From: an uncultured virus (IMG/VR IMGVR_UViG_3300047539_000004)
Lineage: Duplodnaviria; Heunggongvirae; Uroviricota; Caudoviricetes
Reading direction: 5' to 3' (one strand)
Length of the DNA: 64,000 bases
IMG/VR virus record: IMGVR_UViG_3300047539_000004
The first letter of the stretch is position 1, and each line of letters starts with the position of its first letter. A program made the translations under genes and the position numbers. The notes under the pieces are model-generated. The model did not search any database. It saw only the letters and a list, made by a program, of their open reading frames with translations, and was not told the origin of the DNA. Shown here one piece after another: positions 47,871 to 58,198 of this stretch.

Positions 47871-50612
47871 TCATAGCTCTTGGCTGTAGGAACCAAATAT
47901 GGTCAAGGTATTTAGCTCGTTCTGCACCGTATCATATGGCGAAAACACAACCTGCATCTGTAAGTGGCGCATTGCCGGGATTTCATCGTTCATATTTGCA
48001 AGATAGAACCTTTGCGCGTAGAATGACTGACTCTCCGGGAAATTTGGAGGGTCTGCTTCCCAGTCTTTGATGTAATCAATCGGTCCCTTGTAATAAGGCA
48101 ATGCCTCATTGATAAGAAGACCCAGATACAACGGTGTTCCAATTCGGATAGAGTCTGTAGTGATAAAGGCTACTTCGGCTATCTGACCGGGTTGTGCAAG
48201 AACCGCTGAACCAATGGTTGCGTTAGCAGGATACGGTGTTCCATTATCTGTCCAAACACTCAAATTTCTTTCCAGAATAGGTCCGGTTCCGGTTGGTCCG
48301 ACTAATAGCCTGTGTACGCCGGGTGTAATCTCTACACTCTGTACGCAATTAGCACCACCAACAATCGTTGCGAAAGGTGCCCATGTATATCCCGGCCCTT
48401 CTGGAGAAGGTGTGGCGATTAGTTTGTACCAACCAAACTCACCATCGCAGACATACCAACCTTGGTCCATGCCTTGTACATGCCATGCGACATAGACATT
48501 GGCAGGATTCCAGTTTTGTCCGGGATTGCCGTTGTTGAGCAATAGCTGATCACCAATTGGCATACCCGCATAAGTAGTTCCGGCTGATGGGTCTAAAATC
48601 AAGAACTGGTTATCAGTTGTAAACAAACCGATAAGTGACCCGTTTAGATCAAGAGCATTGTAGCTTGATAACCCAATTCCCGGAAGAATAGCAAGTGCCG
48701 GTTGAATTGGACTCTGTGCAGTATTGCTACCTCCAATGAGAAAAATATCAGATACCGTGAAGACTAACATCCCGGCTGCAACCGGAACCAATCTAGTCAC
48801 AAGCGAAGGCAGTTCATCGAAGTTTAGTGGATTAGTACCGTTTACACCATTACCGACTGGAGTAAATGCACCCGAAGTCCAGTAAACCACGTTACCAATG
48901 CTGTACCAAATACTTCCAAGATGTAGTGTAAGATTGATAGCTCCAAAAGCAGGGGGCGTATTCTCAAGGTTTATTGGTGCTGAGATTAGGTTATTCAGTT
49001 GTGTATCTTGCGTTGTATCTAAATACCCCTGCACCATATATTCTTTAAGAGAAGTAGTCCATGTAGTGCCGTTACCGGGAATAAGAAATGGAGAAGCTTG
49101 CCCATCAGTAGTTCGAAAAATTGCAACATAATCCGCTTGCGTGTCCAGCGGAGTACCCCCCGCTCCGATAATTGGTAATCCGGCACCCGGCGGGATAAAT
49201 ATTCCCTGCAACCCAATAAAATTACCTGTAGGCAACGATAGTGGACAAACATTAGATACTGTATTATCAAGTGAGTTAACCAACCCAACACAATAGATAT
49301 AACCCCCGTTTTGAGGGCTAAGGGCGCTAGTCCATACACACACCCAAGTTACACTCCCATCTGTCGTAGTCTGTCCTAAAATTTGACTAAAATTAGGTGC
49401 GGCAAGTTGAGATGTACCACCAGCCGTAGTAAATTGGATGTTATTAAATTGGTCAACAATAGCCTGAGATGCAGGAACAGTAGCGCCCTCTACCCAAAAC
49501 GCTAAAGTTGCTCCCGTATACCCAAGTGGGTTGTGTCCGTTCAGTGCAGGTAGTAATGGCGCATTATTAGTGTTATCTATGCCCCAGTTCTCAATTGGTG
49601 ACCCATGATTGTACCAAATTGCACTGTTATCAATATAGTAGTTGCCATTATCGGTATCTACTAATACGCTAGGACCACCGTTTATGGTATTAACATTCGC
49701 AGATGCCCCAGTGCCACTATCATTTACTGGAATCGTTACACCTGTGACCGGGTTTCCGCCATTAAAAACTGAACCGTTAATAGATTCAATATCGGTAATC
49801 GGTAGACCGGGGAGTAAATAGTTCAATGGGTACGAAACAATCATACTTAAACCGCTGATACTAAGTACAGTGGCCTGTTGCCCTTCAAACTGCCATAGTG
49901 TCATTGTATCGGGAAAGGTAAGCGTGTCTCCTATGTTGATTAATCCAGCCAACGTCACCGTTGATGTAACAGTTACCACCGGACTTTGAGTAGATGTAGG
50001 TGCTGAGATGGTTATTTCACTAATTGGAAAATGTGTCCCAACTAGCTGTTGTATATTCCCTGCTGCATCAATCCAAAATGTGTTGAAAAATGGATACTTT
50101 GCGTTGCCAAGTGCTGTGCTAGCTGTCCATGTAAACAATGTCTGAAGATACTTCTTGTTATCAACACCATCACCAAAATACAATGAGTTGCCAATTGACT
50201 GCATGTAGGTCTGTCCTGCACCAGCAGACTTGGTAAATATAGCGGTTTTAACCCCACCGTACCATGAATACAGCGTGTTTGCTTGGTCAATCATCAGAAG
50301 AATCTTTTCAGTAGAAGCATTGAAAAGCTTGAACTCATAGAATCTATCTGGAGAAGTATAGGTATTGCTATCAAGTTCTGTGTGTCCCGGTCTACGAACC
50401 ATTGTCAGTTTGGTGCTAATCTCCACATTGTTACCGGCTATAAGTGCATCCCCGGCTTGTCCATAAAACTTTTCCACAATACGAGATGTAGTGGCGTCTC
50501 TAAGTGGGGAGCGATTAGTCCACAGACCGCTGAAGAAACGACTTGTAAAAATTGGAGCAAAGCGAACTTGCTTCTGAGCCTGTGAACCGGCCAACCCTAA
50601 ATTGTTAGGCAT
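47871..50612 (-). CDS. tail tubular/nozzle (gp10/TTPB-like) protein
   Basis: 913 aa, beta-rich; F.GL.TNRSPL, N.E......RRPG start; podovirus-type synteny. Confidence 0.65.
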   Translation of the reverse strand: MPNNLGLAGSQAQKQVRFAPIFTSRFFSGLWTNRSPLRDATTSRIVEKFYGQAGDALIAGNNVEISTKLTMVRRPGHTELDSNTYTSPDRFYEFKLFNASTEKILLMIDQANTLYSWYGGVKTAIFTKSAGAGQTYMQSIGNSLYFGDGVDNKKYLQTLFTWTASTALGNAKYPFFNTFWIDAAGNIQQLVGTHFPISEITISAPTSTQSPVVTVTSTVTLAGLINIGDTLTFPDTMTLWQFEGQQATVLSISGLSMIVSYPLNYLLPGLPITDIESINGSVFNGGNPVTGVTIPVNDSGTGASANVNTINGGPSVLVDTDNGNYYIDNSAIWYNHGSPIENWGIDNTNNAPLLPALNGHNPLGYTGATLAFWVEGATVPASQAIVDQFNNIQFTTAGGTSQLAAPNFSQILGQTTTDGSVTWVCVWTSALSPQNGGYIYCVGLVNSLDNTVSNVCPLSLPTGNFIGLQGIFIPPGAGLPIIGAGGTPLDTQADYVAIFRTTDGQASPFLIPGNGTTWTTSLKEYMVQGYLDTTQDTQLNNLISAPINLENTPPAFGAINLTLHLGSIWYSIGNVVYWTSGAFTPVGNGVNGTNPLNFDELPSLVTRLVPVAAGMLVFTVSDIFLIGGSNTAQSPIQPALAILPGIGLSSYNALDLNGSLIGLFTTDNQFLILDPSAGTTYAGMPIGDQLLLNNGNPGQNWNPANVYVAWHVQGMDQGWYVCDGEFGWYKLIATPSPEGPGYTWAPFATIVGGANCVQSVEITPGVHRLLVGPTGTGPILERNLSVWTDNGTPYPANATIGSAVLAQPGQIAEVAFITTDSIRIGTPLYLGLLINEALPYYKGPIDYIKDWEADPPNFPESQSFYAQRFYLANMNDEIPAMRHLQMQVVFSPYDTVQNELNTLTIFGSYSQEL

Positions 50613-50613
50613 G

Positions 50614-50961
50614 TTATACGTCTCCCGGTATCAAGGCTCCAAGAACAAATGGTGAAGGACTTGACAAAATCTGGTTACAATTTGGTCCCCAAACCAACTC
50701 CCCATTCGCAGTGTATGCAGAAATGAAATAGAAAGTTCCTGACGGAGTTAATACATCATTTGGCCATACACTGTAAGAAGGAGAAGTTACTACATTTCCA
50801 TTAACATCAAGTGGCACTTTAACTGTAAAATTTGAGCATACTCGCGTAGTCGTGTTTACAATGCAGTCTTGGCTGAGTTCAAGTAGAAGGTATCCATTGG
50901 CTAAAGGGTTGCCTTCATTGTCTTGGAAAGAGCCGCCGCTGATTTGGTTGATTATTGACAT
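50614..50961 (-). CDS. small tail adaptor-like protein
   Basis: FQD..GNP.A.G.L...L..D...LD.NG...W.N..L.P.GT.Y; paralogue of 57111-57401. Confidence 0.65.
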   Translation of the reverse strand: MSIINQISGGSFQDNEGNPLANGYLLLELSQDCIVNTTTRVCSNFTVKVPLDVNGNVVTSPSYSVWPNDVLTPSGTFYFISAYTANGELVWGPNCNQILSSPSPFVLGALIPGDV

Positions 50962-50973
50962 GTAATTCCTCTT

Positions 50974-53900
50974 CTACGGTAGGTTCTTAATATGGGTAAC
51001 GTTTATGCCGGGATGATACCCTTCATCAGAGTTGATTAGGATAATGTCTGACCCAGTTTGTGCAGTCCCCATTGTCCAGATATTTCCTGAAGCTGCTGGA
51101 TACTCTGACCCATCGCTAGGTGCCGGTAAAGTGAATCCATGCCCGAATTGACCTATGAACGTACCTGTTTCGCTATAGAGGAACCATTGCGAAGCATACT
51201 GTGCCCATTGTCCATCGTAACCTTGCAAGATATACTTCCCTTCGGAAGCGGCTGCAATACCACCATGCCCACCATAAGGCGGGTTGTCATTAAAGGTTCC
51301 CAGTCCATCGGGTAGAGTTAATAGCGCACCCGGTGCGGCTGTCCATGACCAGTTTGTACCACCAGCAAGCACAGCGCCTAAGTGTTTGTCTGAACCCGGC
51401 GTAGATACTGCGGTTTGGTAAGTTGGATAATAGTTGTTAGTTGTTGAGATAGGCGGGAACCACTGACCCCATCCCTGATAGCCGTTCGGTGTAGTAGTGG
51501 CACCAGTGTTCGGCACAGTGGCTACAACTGCCGCCGCTCCGTATGTCGGCCATCCACCAGAGTAACCAGTCAGTGGGGATGAATAAGCTGCTTGAACTGC
51601 CACACTGCTGATCGTCGTGAAATTCCAGTAAGCAAGGTTGCCGCTGTGATCGAAGAACTGAAATATGTAAGGCGTCGTTGTGAGGAACTGGCCACTGAAC
51701 ACCAGAGGGCCAGATGCAGGTAATTGCGTGAGTTCGTTGTACGGTCCGGCAGGGTTGTAGGTCATAGCGTAGGTCAGTCCGTTGGGGAGAGTCTGAACCT
51801 GTGCAAATCTAAACCCAAACTGACCTGTGTAACTAGAGGGAACACAAGCTGCCCAATTTCTAACGAGCGCCCATGCACCGCCGCTGCCATCACCCGGCAC
51901 TAATGGTATGGAATAATTGACTGAAAATTCTAGTGCATCTGCAAAGACTCTAGATGGATTTACGTGGTCAATTGCTACATAGTACAGGTACCGCATGAAA
52001 GAGATTTCCTCAATATACGAACCTGCTGATGAAATATGCAAGATACGAGCATTTCCGGGATCACCGACCCAGTAGGAAGAATCTGCCAAAACAGCAAGTA
52101 ACGTCTGTTTTGCGTAGCCTCTCCCGGCTGTGTCGTCAAGCCACAAGCGCGTCTTACTCACAGTTGGTGAGCAATCGGTATAACCACCAAGTACACCGTA
52201 AGTCGAAAGCAAAGTACCAGACGAAGAGAATGTTTTTACCTGCTGCGAACTCCCACCATCAGCGACAAGAACGTTCGAAGTAGTAGGGTCTATAGCCACT
52301 GTAAGCGGGGCTACAAGACCGGGAAGTGTAATAGTACCATTCGTTACTGTTACACCAGAAATATACCAAAGAACTCCAGCAGAATTATAAGCCATACGTC
52401 CCGGCGATGGAACGCTTAACGTAGAAAGCAATGCTCCACTGGTTTTGTTAAACAATAGGATTTGGTTTGCAGCAGTATGACTTATAGCAAGTGTATTGCC
52501 GCTAATCTGAACCGCCACTCCACCAGCAAGATTTCCATAGTCAACTGAACTTGGAACAGGGCTTCCATCGGTGGGAACTGTACCAGATGGGAAAGTGTAG
52601 TAGTTATTCGCTAGGATGTTCCACGCCATTACATAAGGAACACTTGCTGGCCATCCACTGCCTACTTGCGCGTAGTAAACGTTAATTCCGTCTGTAGCTA
52701 CGTACTGATCTTCGTCCAAGTACCCCGGACTCATTACCGCCGTAGGTTGCTGTGGGGTTGACAGTGAGAAGGTAGACGCATTCTTACCGCCTTCCGAGTA
52801 CGCATTGGCTGTATACGCTGTTGACCCTGTGATAGCAATGTCTACAGGTAGGACAGACTGTGCATCCCAACTATTCGGTGCGGTCCATGACGCAGACGTG
52901 TCACCAACTACTCCCCAATCATAAGCAACTGGGAGAGTAGAGCTAGAAAGAATATTCCACGCAGTTACCTGTACGGTTGGTTGTACAGGGCTTGCTGAAC
53001 TAAGCGGAATGAATCCAATAATCGCCGCTGACATTGGTTCTGATACAACTGTCAACGGTGTATACGTGTTAGAGTAGGCCGCTGGACTAGGGGCTAAAAA
53101 GTCATACGCTACTGAAAATGAGCATGTTGAATTTGTGAAATTACGGTAAAGAGTAACGTTTCCCGATTGCTGCGGGATACCGGAATCACATGGCCCACCC
53201 GTACCGGCGAATGCCTCAACTAATTCTTTACTATAAATAGTAGTAATGCCCCCGTCAGATACAGTAGTGCCAACATTGTTATTTCCGTTGGCCTGTGCTA
53301 CACCATTCGTAGCAGTGATTTCCAGCATACTCATGGTTTGTGTGCCAACATCTGTGCAGGACATTGTTACTACATCAGTTCCGCTCGTTGTTGGGTTGCT
53401 TACCCACACGGCGTAGTAGTCAGATGCAGTGCCGCCTTTTATCAGATTGAAAACGCTTCCAAGTGTATCCGCAATCGAAGGAACTCCACCTGTTGCTGAA
53501 CACCCTATCAGATTAAAGTTACCAAAAATTGCCAATCTATTTCCGGCTGTAATTGGTAACACAAATGTTTTAGAAATGCTTGTAGGACCGGGACCGGCAT
53601 TTCCTGCTCCCATTGTTTGAACTATTCTCGAACCTGTAAATGGAACAGTAGAAAATGCTGCTATACTTCCCCACCCTCTAGTTATAGTTCCTGAACTCGT
53701 GTAAGTAATGTTATACGTTCCTGAAGGAACAACTTCGTCAGTAGTCATACGAAGATAGCCAGTGAATGGACTTCCTTGATTCTGCTGAAACAAACCGTTG
53801 TGCTTGGCAAAACTTCCCGGCGTAATTGTGTACACATCAGATAAAGGTGTCGGAGTTACCAAATCACCTAACGGAGAATAAAGATAATACGTTGCTCCTG

Positions 53901-55758
53901 TCGGAAGGACTATACTAGAAGAAACAGTTGAATTAGTTGAACTCGTTGTCCAATTTGTGCCCATAGCTGAAGAATAAAGCGGATTAGTTGCGGCAACTCC
54001 GTGTACTTCGGTTAAATCAAGATCGAGTACCGTACCTCCGGGTGCCGACGGTAAGTTGACAGTAACAGTCTCAGTTCCACCCGGATTATTTGGTGCATAA
54101 AAAGTTGTCGCACTGCCTGTCTGATACTGAATATATGAATTAGGTATTTCTTGGAAGATCGTACCGTGATTGTCGGTAATTGTTGGTAAATAACTATCGA
54201 GTGTTTGCGCATCGAGATTGACATAGACAGTAGCTAACACCATATCTCCAGCTAGCACAGGCTGCGGCAACGTATTAGTTATGGTAGTCGATACGCCTGT
54301 TGAGGAGTTCCCTATCTGAGCATACTGCAAAGAGCCAACTGCCGGGATAACTGAACGGAACGCAACCATGACGCTTTGGTTAAACTGGTCTGCGTTGCAC
54401 TCTGCAAGTCCAACACTATTTGTCCATGTACCGGGAGCCCCAACTTGGTCAAAAAGAAAATCAATCGGCCTTGTACCATAGTATTGAACTTCTTGTGTGA
54501 ACCCGGCTGTAGGTATGGCGACAAGCGGTAAACCATCGTTCTGCCCTATATAACAATCCGCAATTGAATACAGTAAATCATTGGCACCAGCAGTTACTAA
54601 AGTAGACGCTACCGGGGTAGTTGCTGGAGGAGAAGCGATACTTACGTTCTCAGCCATGAATGTATGAGACAGTCCCGAATACTCCGAAATAAACATCGTG
54701 ACATTTTGCGGGAATGAAGATAAGTTACTCCATGTGACAACTGGTGAGCAAGCACCCGCTACAGCGTTTTGTGCATAAAAAATATCAATTTCGGTATTGG
54801 CAGTACTAGCATAATAGTTACTAGTAGCTTTGTACCATGTATCTCCGCATCCTGCAATCGTTGCGCTGTTGTTATTGCCGTTGTCGGTTCTTGCCATAAC
54901 GATAACGCCGTTTCCCGCTGTGATGGAAAAGGGTGCAGTGACATTATAAGCGAAAGTTCCTGACACTCCCGGATACGAGCTAGCTCCATCTTGTAAGTGA
55001 GCTATGCCAGAAGGCAAGGATGTTCGGAAAGCCGCAACTCCCGCGTTAAGACTTCTGTTAGTTCCGGTGTTGGTGACGGTGTTTGACCACGTTCCGGGTG
55101 CTACTCCAGATTGCTCCCACATAGCCATTTGAAAGTATGTACTTCCTGCTATAGTGTTTACAAGATTCCAGCCAGAAGTTGTGCCCCATGTTCCAGTGTT
55201 GTTGTAGTCACTAAACCCATAACTGATAACTAATTCGGAAGTTCCCGCCGTAGTGATAGAAGCTGCTGGTGCTGGTGAGGTTAAAGATGATTGAAGACTT
55301 GATTGGTCATAAGGATATGTTACAAGCAACCCGGCGTACTCTGTTACTGTAATGACTTGATACATATTACCGGACGCGCCGACCTGTGTAACCGTTACAG
55401 TATTCGCACCCGCATTACAATCCCTTGCATAAGCGATACATCCCGTAGTATATGGTCCCGAATGGATAATCTCACAACCAACCGTTACCCAAACATTACC
55501 TTGAGTATCGGCAACCGTGGCAACAGAGGGAGAGCTATCGCTATCTAGTCCAATAACCGCAATTAGCGTGTTACCTGCTGTATTATTGCTACCAAAAGCA
55601 ATGGCAGTCGTCGCGGAACTACCTATTCCTCCTCCACCTAACCCGGTGGTAGAAGCAAACTGTACACAAGTAGCCGGTAGAGTACAAGAAGCCGCATGTG
55701 CGAAGGTAGCAGCGAATGCCAATACAAACAGTATAATGAACTTTTTAATGTGTACCAT
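50974..55758 (-). CDS. large (1594 aa) adhesin or fibre-like protein with signal peptide
   Basis: MVHIKKFIILFVLAFAATFAHA/A; repeated beta-sandwich units (TAGN..., D..GN.W, EY.G); C-terminal NHL/propeller-like part. Confidence 0.8.
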   Translation of the reverse strand: MVHIKKFIILFVLAFAATFAHAASCTLPATCVQFASTTGLGGGGIGSSATTAIAFGSNNTAGNTLIAVIGLDSDSSPSVATVADTQGNVWVTVGCEIIHSGPYTTGCIAYARDCNAGANTVTVTQVGASGNMYQVITVTEYAGLLVTYPYDQSSLQSSLTSPAPAASITTAGTSELVISYGFSDYNNTGTWGTTSGWNLVNTIAGSTYFQMAMWEQSGVAPGTWSNTVTNTGTNRSLNAGVAAFRTSLPSGIAHLQDGASSYPGVSGTFAYNVTAPFSITAGNGVIVMARTDNGNNNSATIAGCGDTWYKATSNYYASTANTEIDIFYAQNAVAGACSPVVTWSNLSSFPQNVTMFISEYSGLSHTFMAENVSIASPPATTPVASTLVTAGANDLLYSIADCYIGQNDGLPLVAIPTAGFTQEVQYYGTRPIDFLFDQVGAPGTWTNSVGLAECNADQFNQSVMVAFRSVIPAVGSLQYAQIGNSSTGVSTTITNTLPQPVLAGDMVLATVYVNLDAQTLDSYLPTITDNHGTIFQEIPNSYIQYQTGSATTFYAPNNPGGTETVTVNLPSAPGGTVLDLDLTEVHGVAATNPLYSSAMGTNWTTSSTNSTVSSSIVLPTGATYYLYSPLGDLVTPTPLSDVYTITPGSFAKHNGLFQQNQGSPFTGYLRMTTDEVVPSGTYNITYTSSGTITRGWGSIAAFSTVPFTGSRIVQTMGAGNAGPGPTSISKTFVLPITAGNRLAIFGNFNLIGCSATGGVPSIADTLGSVFNLIKGGTASDYYAVWVSNPTTSGTDVVTMSCTDVGTQTMSMLEITATNGVAQANGNNNVGTTVSDGGITTIYSKELVEAFAGTGGPCDSGIPQQSGNVTLYRNFTNSTCSFSVAYDFLAPSPAAYSNTYTPLTVVSEPMSAAIIGFIPLSSASPVQPTVQVTAWNILSSSTLPVAYDWGVVGDTSASWTAPNSWDAQSVLPVDIAITGSTAYTANAYSEGGKNASTFSLSTPQQPTAVMSPGYLDEDQYVATDGINVYYAQVGSGWPASVPYVMAWNILANNYYTFPSGTVPTDGSPVPSSVDYGNLAGGVAVQISGNTLAISHTAANQILLFNKTSGALLSTLSVPSPGRMAYNSAGVLWYISGVTVTNGTITLPGLVAPLTVAIDPTTSNVLVADGGSSQQVKTFSSSGTLLSTYGVLGGYTDCSPTVSKTRLWLDDTAGRGYAKQTLLAVLADSSYWVGDPGNARILHISSAGSYIEEISFMRYLYYVAIDHVNPSRVFADALEFSVNYSIPLVPGDGSGGAWALVRNWAACVPSSYTGQFGFRFAQVQTLPNGLTYAMTYNPAGPYNELTQLPASGPLVFSGQFLTTTPYIFQFFDHSGNLAYWNFTTISSVAVQAAYSSPLTGYSGGWPTYGAAAVVATVPNTGATTTPNGYQGWGQWFPPISTTNNYYPTYQTAVSTPGSDKHLGAVLAGGTNWSWTAAPGALLTLPDGLGTFNDNPPYGGHGGIAAASEGKYILQGYDGQWAQYASQWFLYSETGTFIGQFGHGFTLPAPSDGSEYPAASGNIWTMGTAQTGSDIILINSDEGYHPGINVTHIKNLP

Positions 55759-56683
55759 GAATTCCTATTGTAATGTTTCCTAAAGTCAAATCTGCTGTTG
55801 CGGGTCCAATAAACTCCACAATATCCCCTGCTGACACAGTTCCACCGGCACCTGTAATAGTTGGCACAGTTCCTGATATTGCCCAAGTTAATGTGCAGAG
55901 CGTGGTAGAGGTATTTAAGTCTACTACAGTAAAGACTGTTGACGCGGTAGCAGATGCATACGCCTTTGCAACTGACCCAGTACAACTAGCCGGAACAGTA
56001 ACCGTGGCTCCAAGAGCATTAGAAACTAATCCTATGATCTGATTTGCAGAACTCGGTACACTTATATAATTCGTTGAAAACTGCATTTGTAGAATTGCAG
56101 CCGTGTAACACGGATTCGGAGAACCGCCCGTTGTGTACTCTACTAATTCCCCGTTAAGTGGGGTATATCCCGCACAAAACGGAACTCCATTAAGACCAAT
56201 AACCGTTTGACTTGTGCTTGACCCTGCAAGATCACCACCAGCGGTAAATCCACCGCCACTCCCACCGCCCGAAAAGAAGATCGTTCTCACATCCACGATG
56301 CTTGTGATTAGCCCACCACTTGCTACAACAATCGCAACAGGGAATTGACCGCTTGTAAAATTACTTGTGCTAGAGGCCGGTATTCCAGTGGTAGTGCTTA
56401 AAAACACATAGTTTGTACCGTTTACTAGCGTCAGTGTTCCACCAGCATAATTCTGAATAGTTGAATTAAAAAATGAAGTACCGGCACTCAGTGAAAGGAA
56501 TAGGTTCGTTCCTGTTGCGGTAGGCGCGAAACCAACAGACATGCCGTTTAGGTATCGTACATTTTCACGGACCAATGGCGTCAATGGTGGAAGGTCACTG
56601 GTCTGCATCTGTTGTGCAATGACCGGAGTTGCTATAGATAGTATTACAGCAAGTACCGAACCTAATAAGGCTTTAATGCTCAT
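55745..56683 (-). CDS. fibre-associated protein with signal peptide
   Basis: MSIKALLGSVLAVILSIATPVIA/QQ; ITSIVDVR; AGGDLAG. Confidence 0.75.
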   Translation of the reverse strand: MSIKALLGSVLAVILSIATPVIAQQMQTSDLPPLTPLVRENVRYLNGMSVGFAPTATGTNLFLSLSAGTSFFNSTIQNYAGGTLTLVNGTNYVFLSTTTGIPASSTSNFTSGQFPVAIVVASGGLITSIVDVRTIFFSGGGSGGGFTAGGDLAGSSTSQTVIGLNGVPFCAGYTPLNGELVEYTTGGSPNPCYTAAILQMQFSTNYISVPSSANQIIGLVSNALGATVTVPASCTGSVAKAYASATASTVFTVVDLNTSTTLCTLTWAISGTVPTITGAGGTVSAGDIVEFIGPATADLTLGNITIGIHGTH

Positions 56684-56697
56684 GTCTGTTTCCTTAA

Positions 56698-57099
56698 TTA
56701 CGAAGCCGGTGTTGATGCCGTCAGAATGCCATTGGTAAACGTCATGCTACCCTGTGCAGTTCCGAGCGATGCGGTAACAATTACAGCAGTAATGCCTGTA
56801 CTATGTGCGGCTGCTGTAACTTGCCCCTTAGCGTTCACTGTTATGTTTGCCGAAAGAAAAGAGCCGACATTGGCATTAACTACAGGCAAAGTTGCTACTG
56901 CTGAACCCGGCCCTGTAGCTGTTACATCACCTGTTAACGCCGTAATATCTCCGCCCGATCCTGAACCTACTTCCTGCCAACCGCTGCCAGAAGAAACGTA
57001 TAGATTGTTGTTTGTCACATCAACGCCTAGTGACGGTGATTTGATAGTACCGGGAGCGCCTGTCGTGGGTGGACCGGCAAAAACGTTATCAAAAGCCAT
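56698..57099 (-). CDS. short tail-fibre-like protein
   Basis: ITALTGDVT..G.GS..AT, ANITVNAKGQVTAA, FTNGIL; no signal peptide. Confidence 0.7.
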   Translation of the reverse strand: MAFDNVFAGPPTTGAPGTIKSPSLGVDVTNNNLYVSSGSGWQEVGSGSGGDITALTGDVTATGPGSAVATLPVVNANVGSFLSANITVNAKGQVTAAAHSTGITAVIVTASLGTAQGSMTFTNGILTASTPAS

Positions 57100-57110
57100 T
57101 GTGTTTCTCC

Positions 57111-57401
57111 TTAAAATTCGCTTACAGTGACAAGGTTAGGACCGGATACTAACTGTCCTGCTGCTGTGTAGACTGACTGTATATAATACGTTCCCGGAGG
57201 AGCTATATCTGCATTTGCCCAGAAGGTAGGACTTCCTGTAATGACTCCGCTAGAATTCAACGGTATGACAACCTTGTTAGATTGTATCTGCTCATTGTTT
57301 ACTGACCCGTCAATAACTAGTCTGAAAGTAAGATTACCGAGAGCAACCGGATTTCCGTCGGGAGTTTGAAATGTATTTACTGTAAGGGCTACTTTATGCA
57401 T
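57111..57401 (-). CDS. small tail adaptor-like protein
   Basis: FQTPDGNPVA.G.L.F.L..D...W.N....P.GTYY; paralogue of 50614-50961. Confidence 0.65.
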   Translation of the reverse strand: MHKVALTVNTFQTPDGNPVALGNLTFRLVIDGSVNNEQIQSNKVVIPLNSSGVITGSPTFWANADIAPPGTYYIQSVYTAAGQLVSGPNLVTVSEF

Positions 57402-58129
57402 TAGCTACTCTCGCGTCCTTTGTATCCAACTTGTATCGTGGATGGGAGTGTCTGCATTACTCCTGAAATAGTTTGCCAATCGTTAAGGAAAATGTTCCTC
57501 TCGGTGTCAGTCAAACCTTGATTTGCTGCTAAGAGATTTGCTACAAACTTCTGATTAGCGACAGCAAATCTTGCATCATCTGCGTACATGTAAAGCAAAG
57601 CTAACAAGCCCCAGTTATAGATATGACCATACTCGTCTGGAATAGGTGTCCATGTGCTGTTGACACTCGAAACAAGTACTGGCTTTTGCTGCACTGTGAC
57701 TGAGATAGGATAGATTTGGTCTGGGACCGGCATTAGACGGAAAGTGATGTTACCATTTAGATCATCAGCTTGTGCTGATATGCTATGGGGTCTGCTAGAT
57801 GCAGAGTCCAAAGCAAGGTCAATCTTCATGGCCATTTCTTTCCACTTCAAAGTGCTATCATTGGTGTCAAGCCACTGCACCGAAGCGTTCTCAATCCATC
57901 CAAGATTACAGGGCACTGTGTAATCTTGCTGTCCGATTACTGTGCTAAATGCTACAATCTGTCTATTCCATCTCCAACGAAATGGAGCGCCTAGCATTGT
58001 CTGAATGACTGTGTTTACGCTAGTGACAGCGGGTTCCAAAAAGTTTCCCATCGCTGTTGGACGTTGGAAGATGAAGCGTTTGCACCATTCGAGAGATTGT
58101 AAAACTGTCTTAGAGCTAGATGCTGGCAT
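57401..58129 (-). CDS. head-tail adaptor / tail tubular protein A-like
   Basis: PF.W.WNR, GQQDY, LGW.E.A, FRL.PVPD..Y, PIPD. Confidence 0.65.
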   Translation of the reverse strand: MPASSSKTVLQSLEWCKRFIFQRPTAMGNFLEPAVTSVNTVIQTMLGAPFRWRWNRQIVAFSTVIGQQDYTVPCNLGWIENASVQWLDTNDSTLKWKEMAMKIDLALDSASSRPHSISAQADDLNGNITFRLMPVPDQIYPISVTVQQKPVLVSSVNSTWTPIPDEYGHIYNWGLLALLYMYADDARFAVANQKFVANLLAANQGLTDTERNIFLNDWQTISGVMQTLPSTIQVGYKGRESS

Positions 58130-58147
58130 TGTTATTCCTTATACAAC

Positions 58148-58177
58148 AAAAAGGAGGCAGACATATGCCTACCTCCT
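58148..58177 (-). terminator. rho-independent terminator
   Basis: AGGAGG..CCTCCT hairpin followed by a T-run on the minus strand. Confidence 0.55.
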
Positions 58178-58198
58178 ATAATTTTGATTCTAAATAGT

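Noticed and set aside
44787..56683. Diversity-generating retroelement acting on the fibres
   Set aside because: No reverse transcriptase and no TR/VR pair differing only at adenines was seen. The internal repeats are protein-level duplications.
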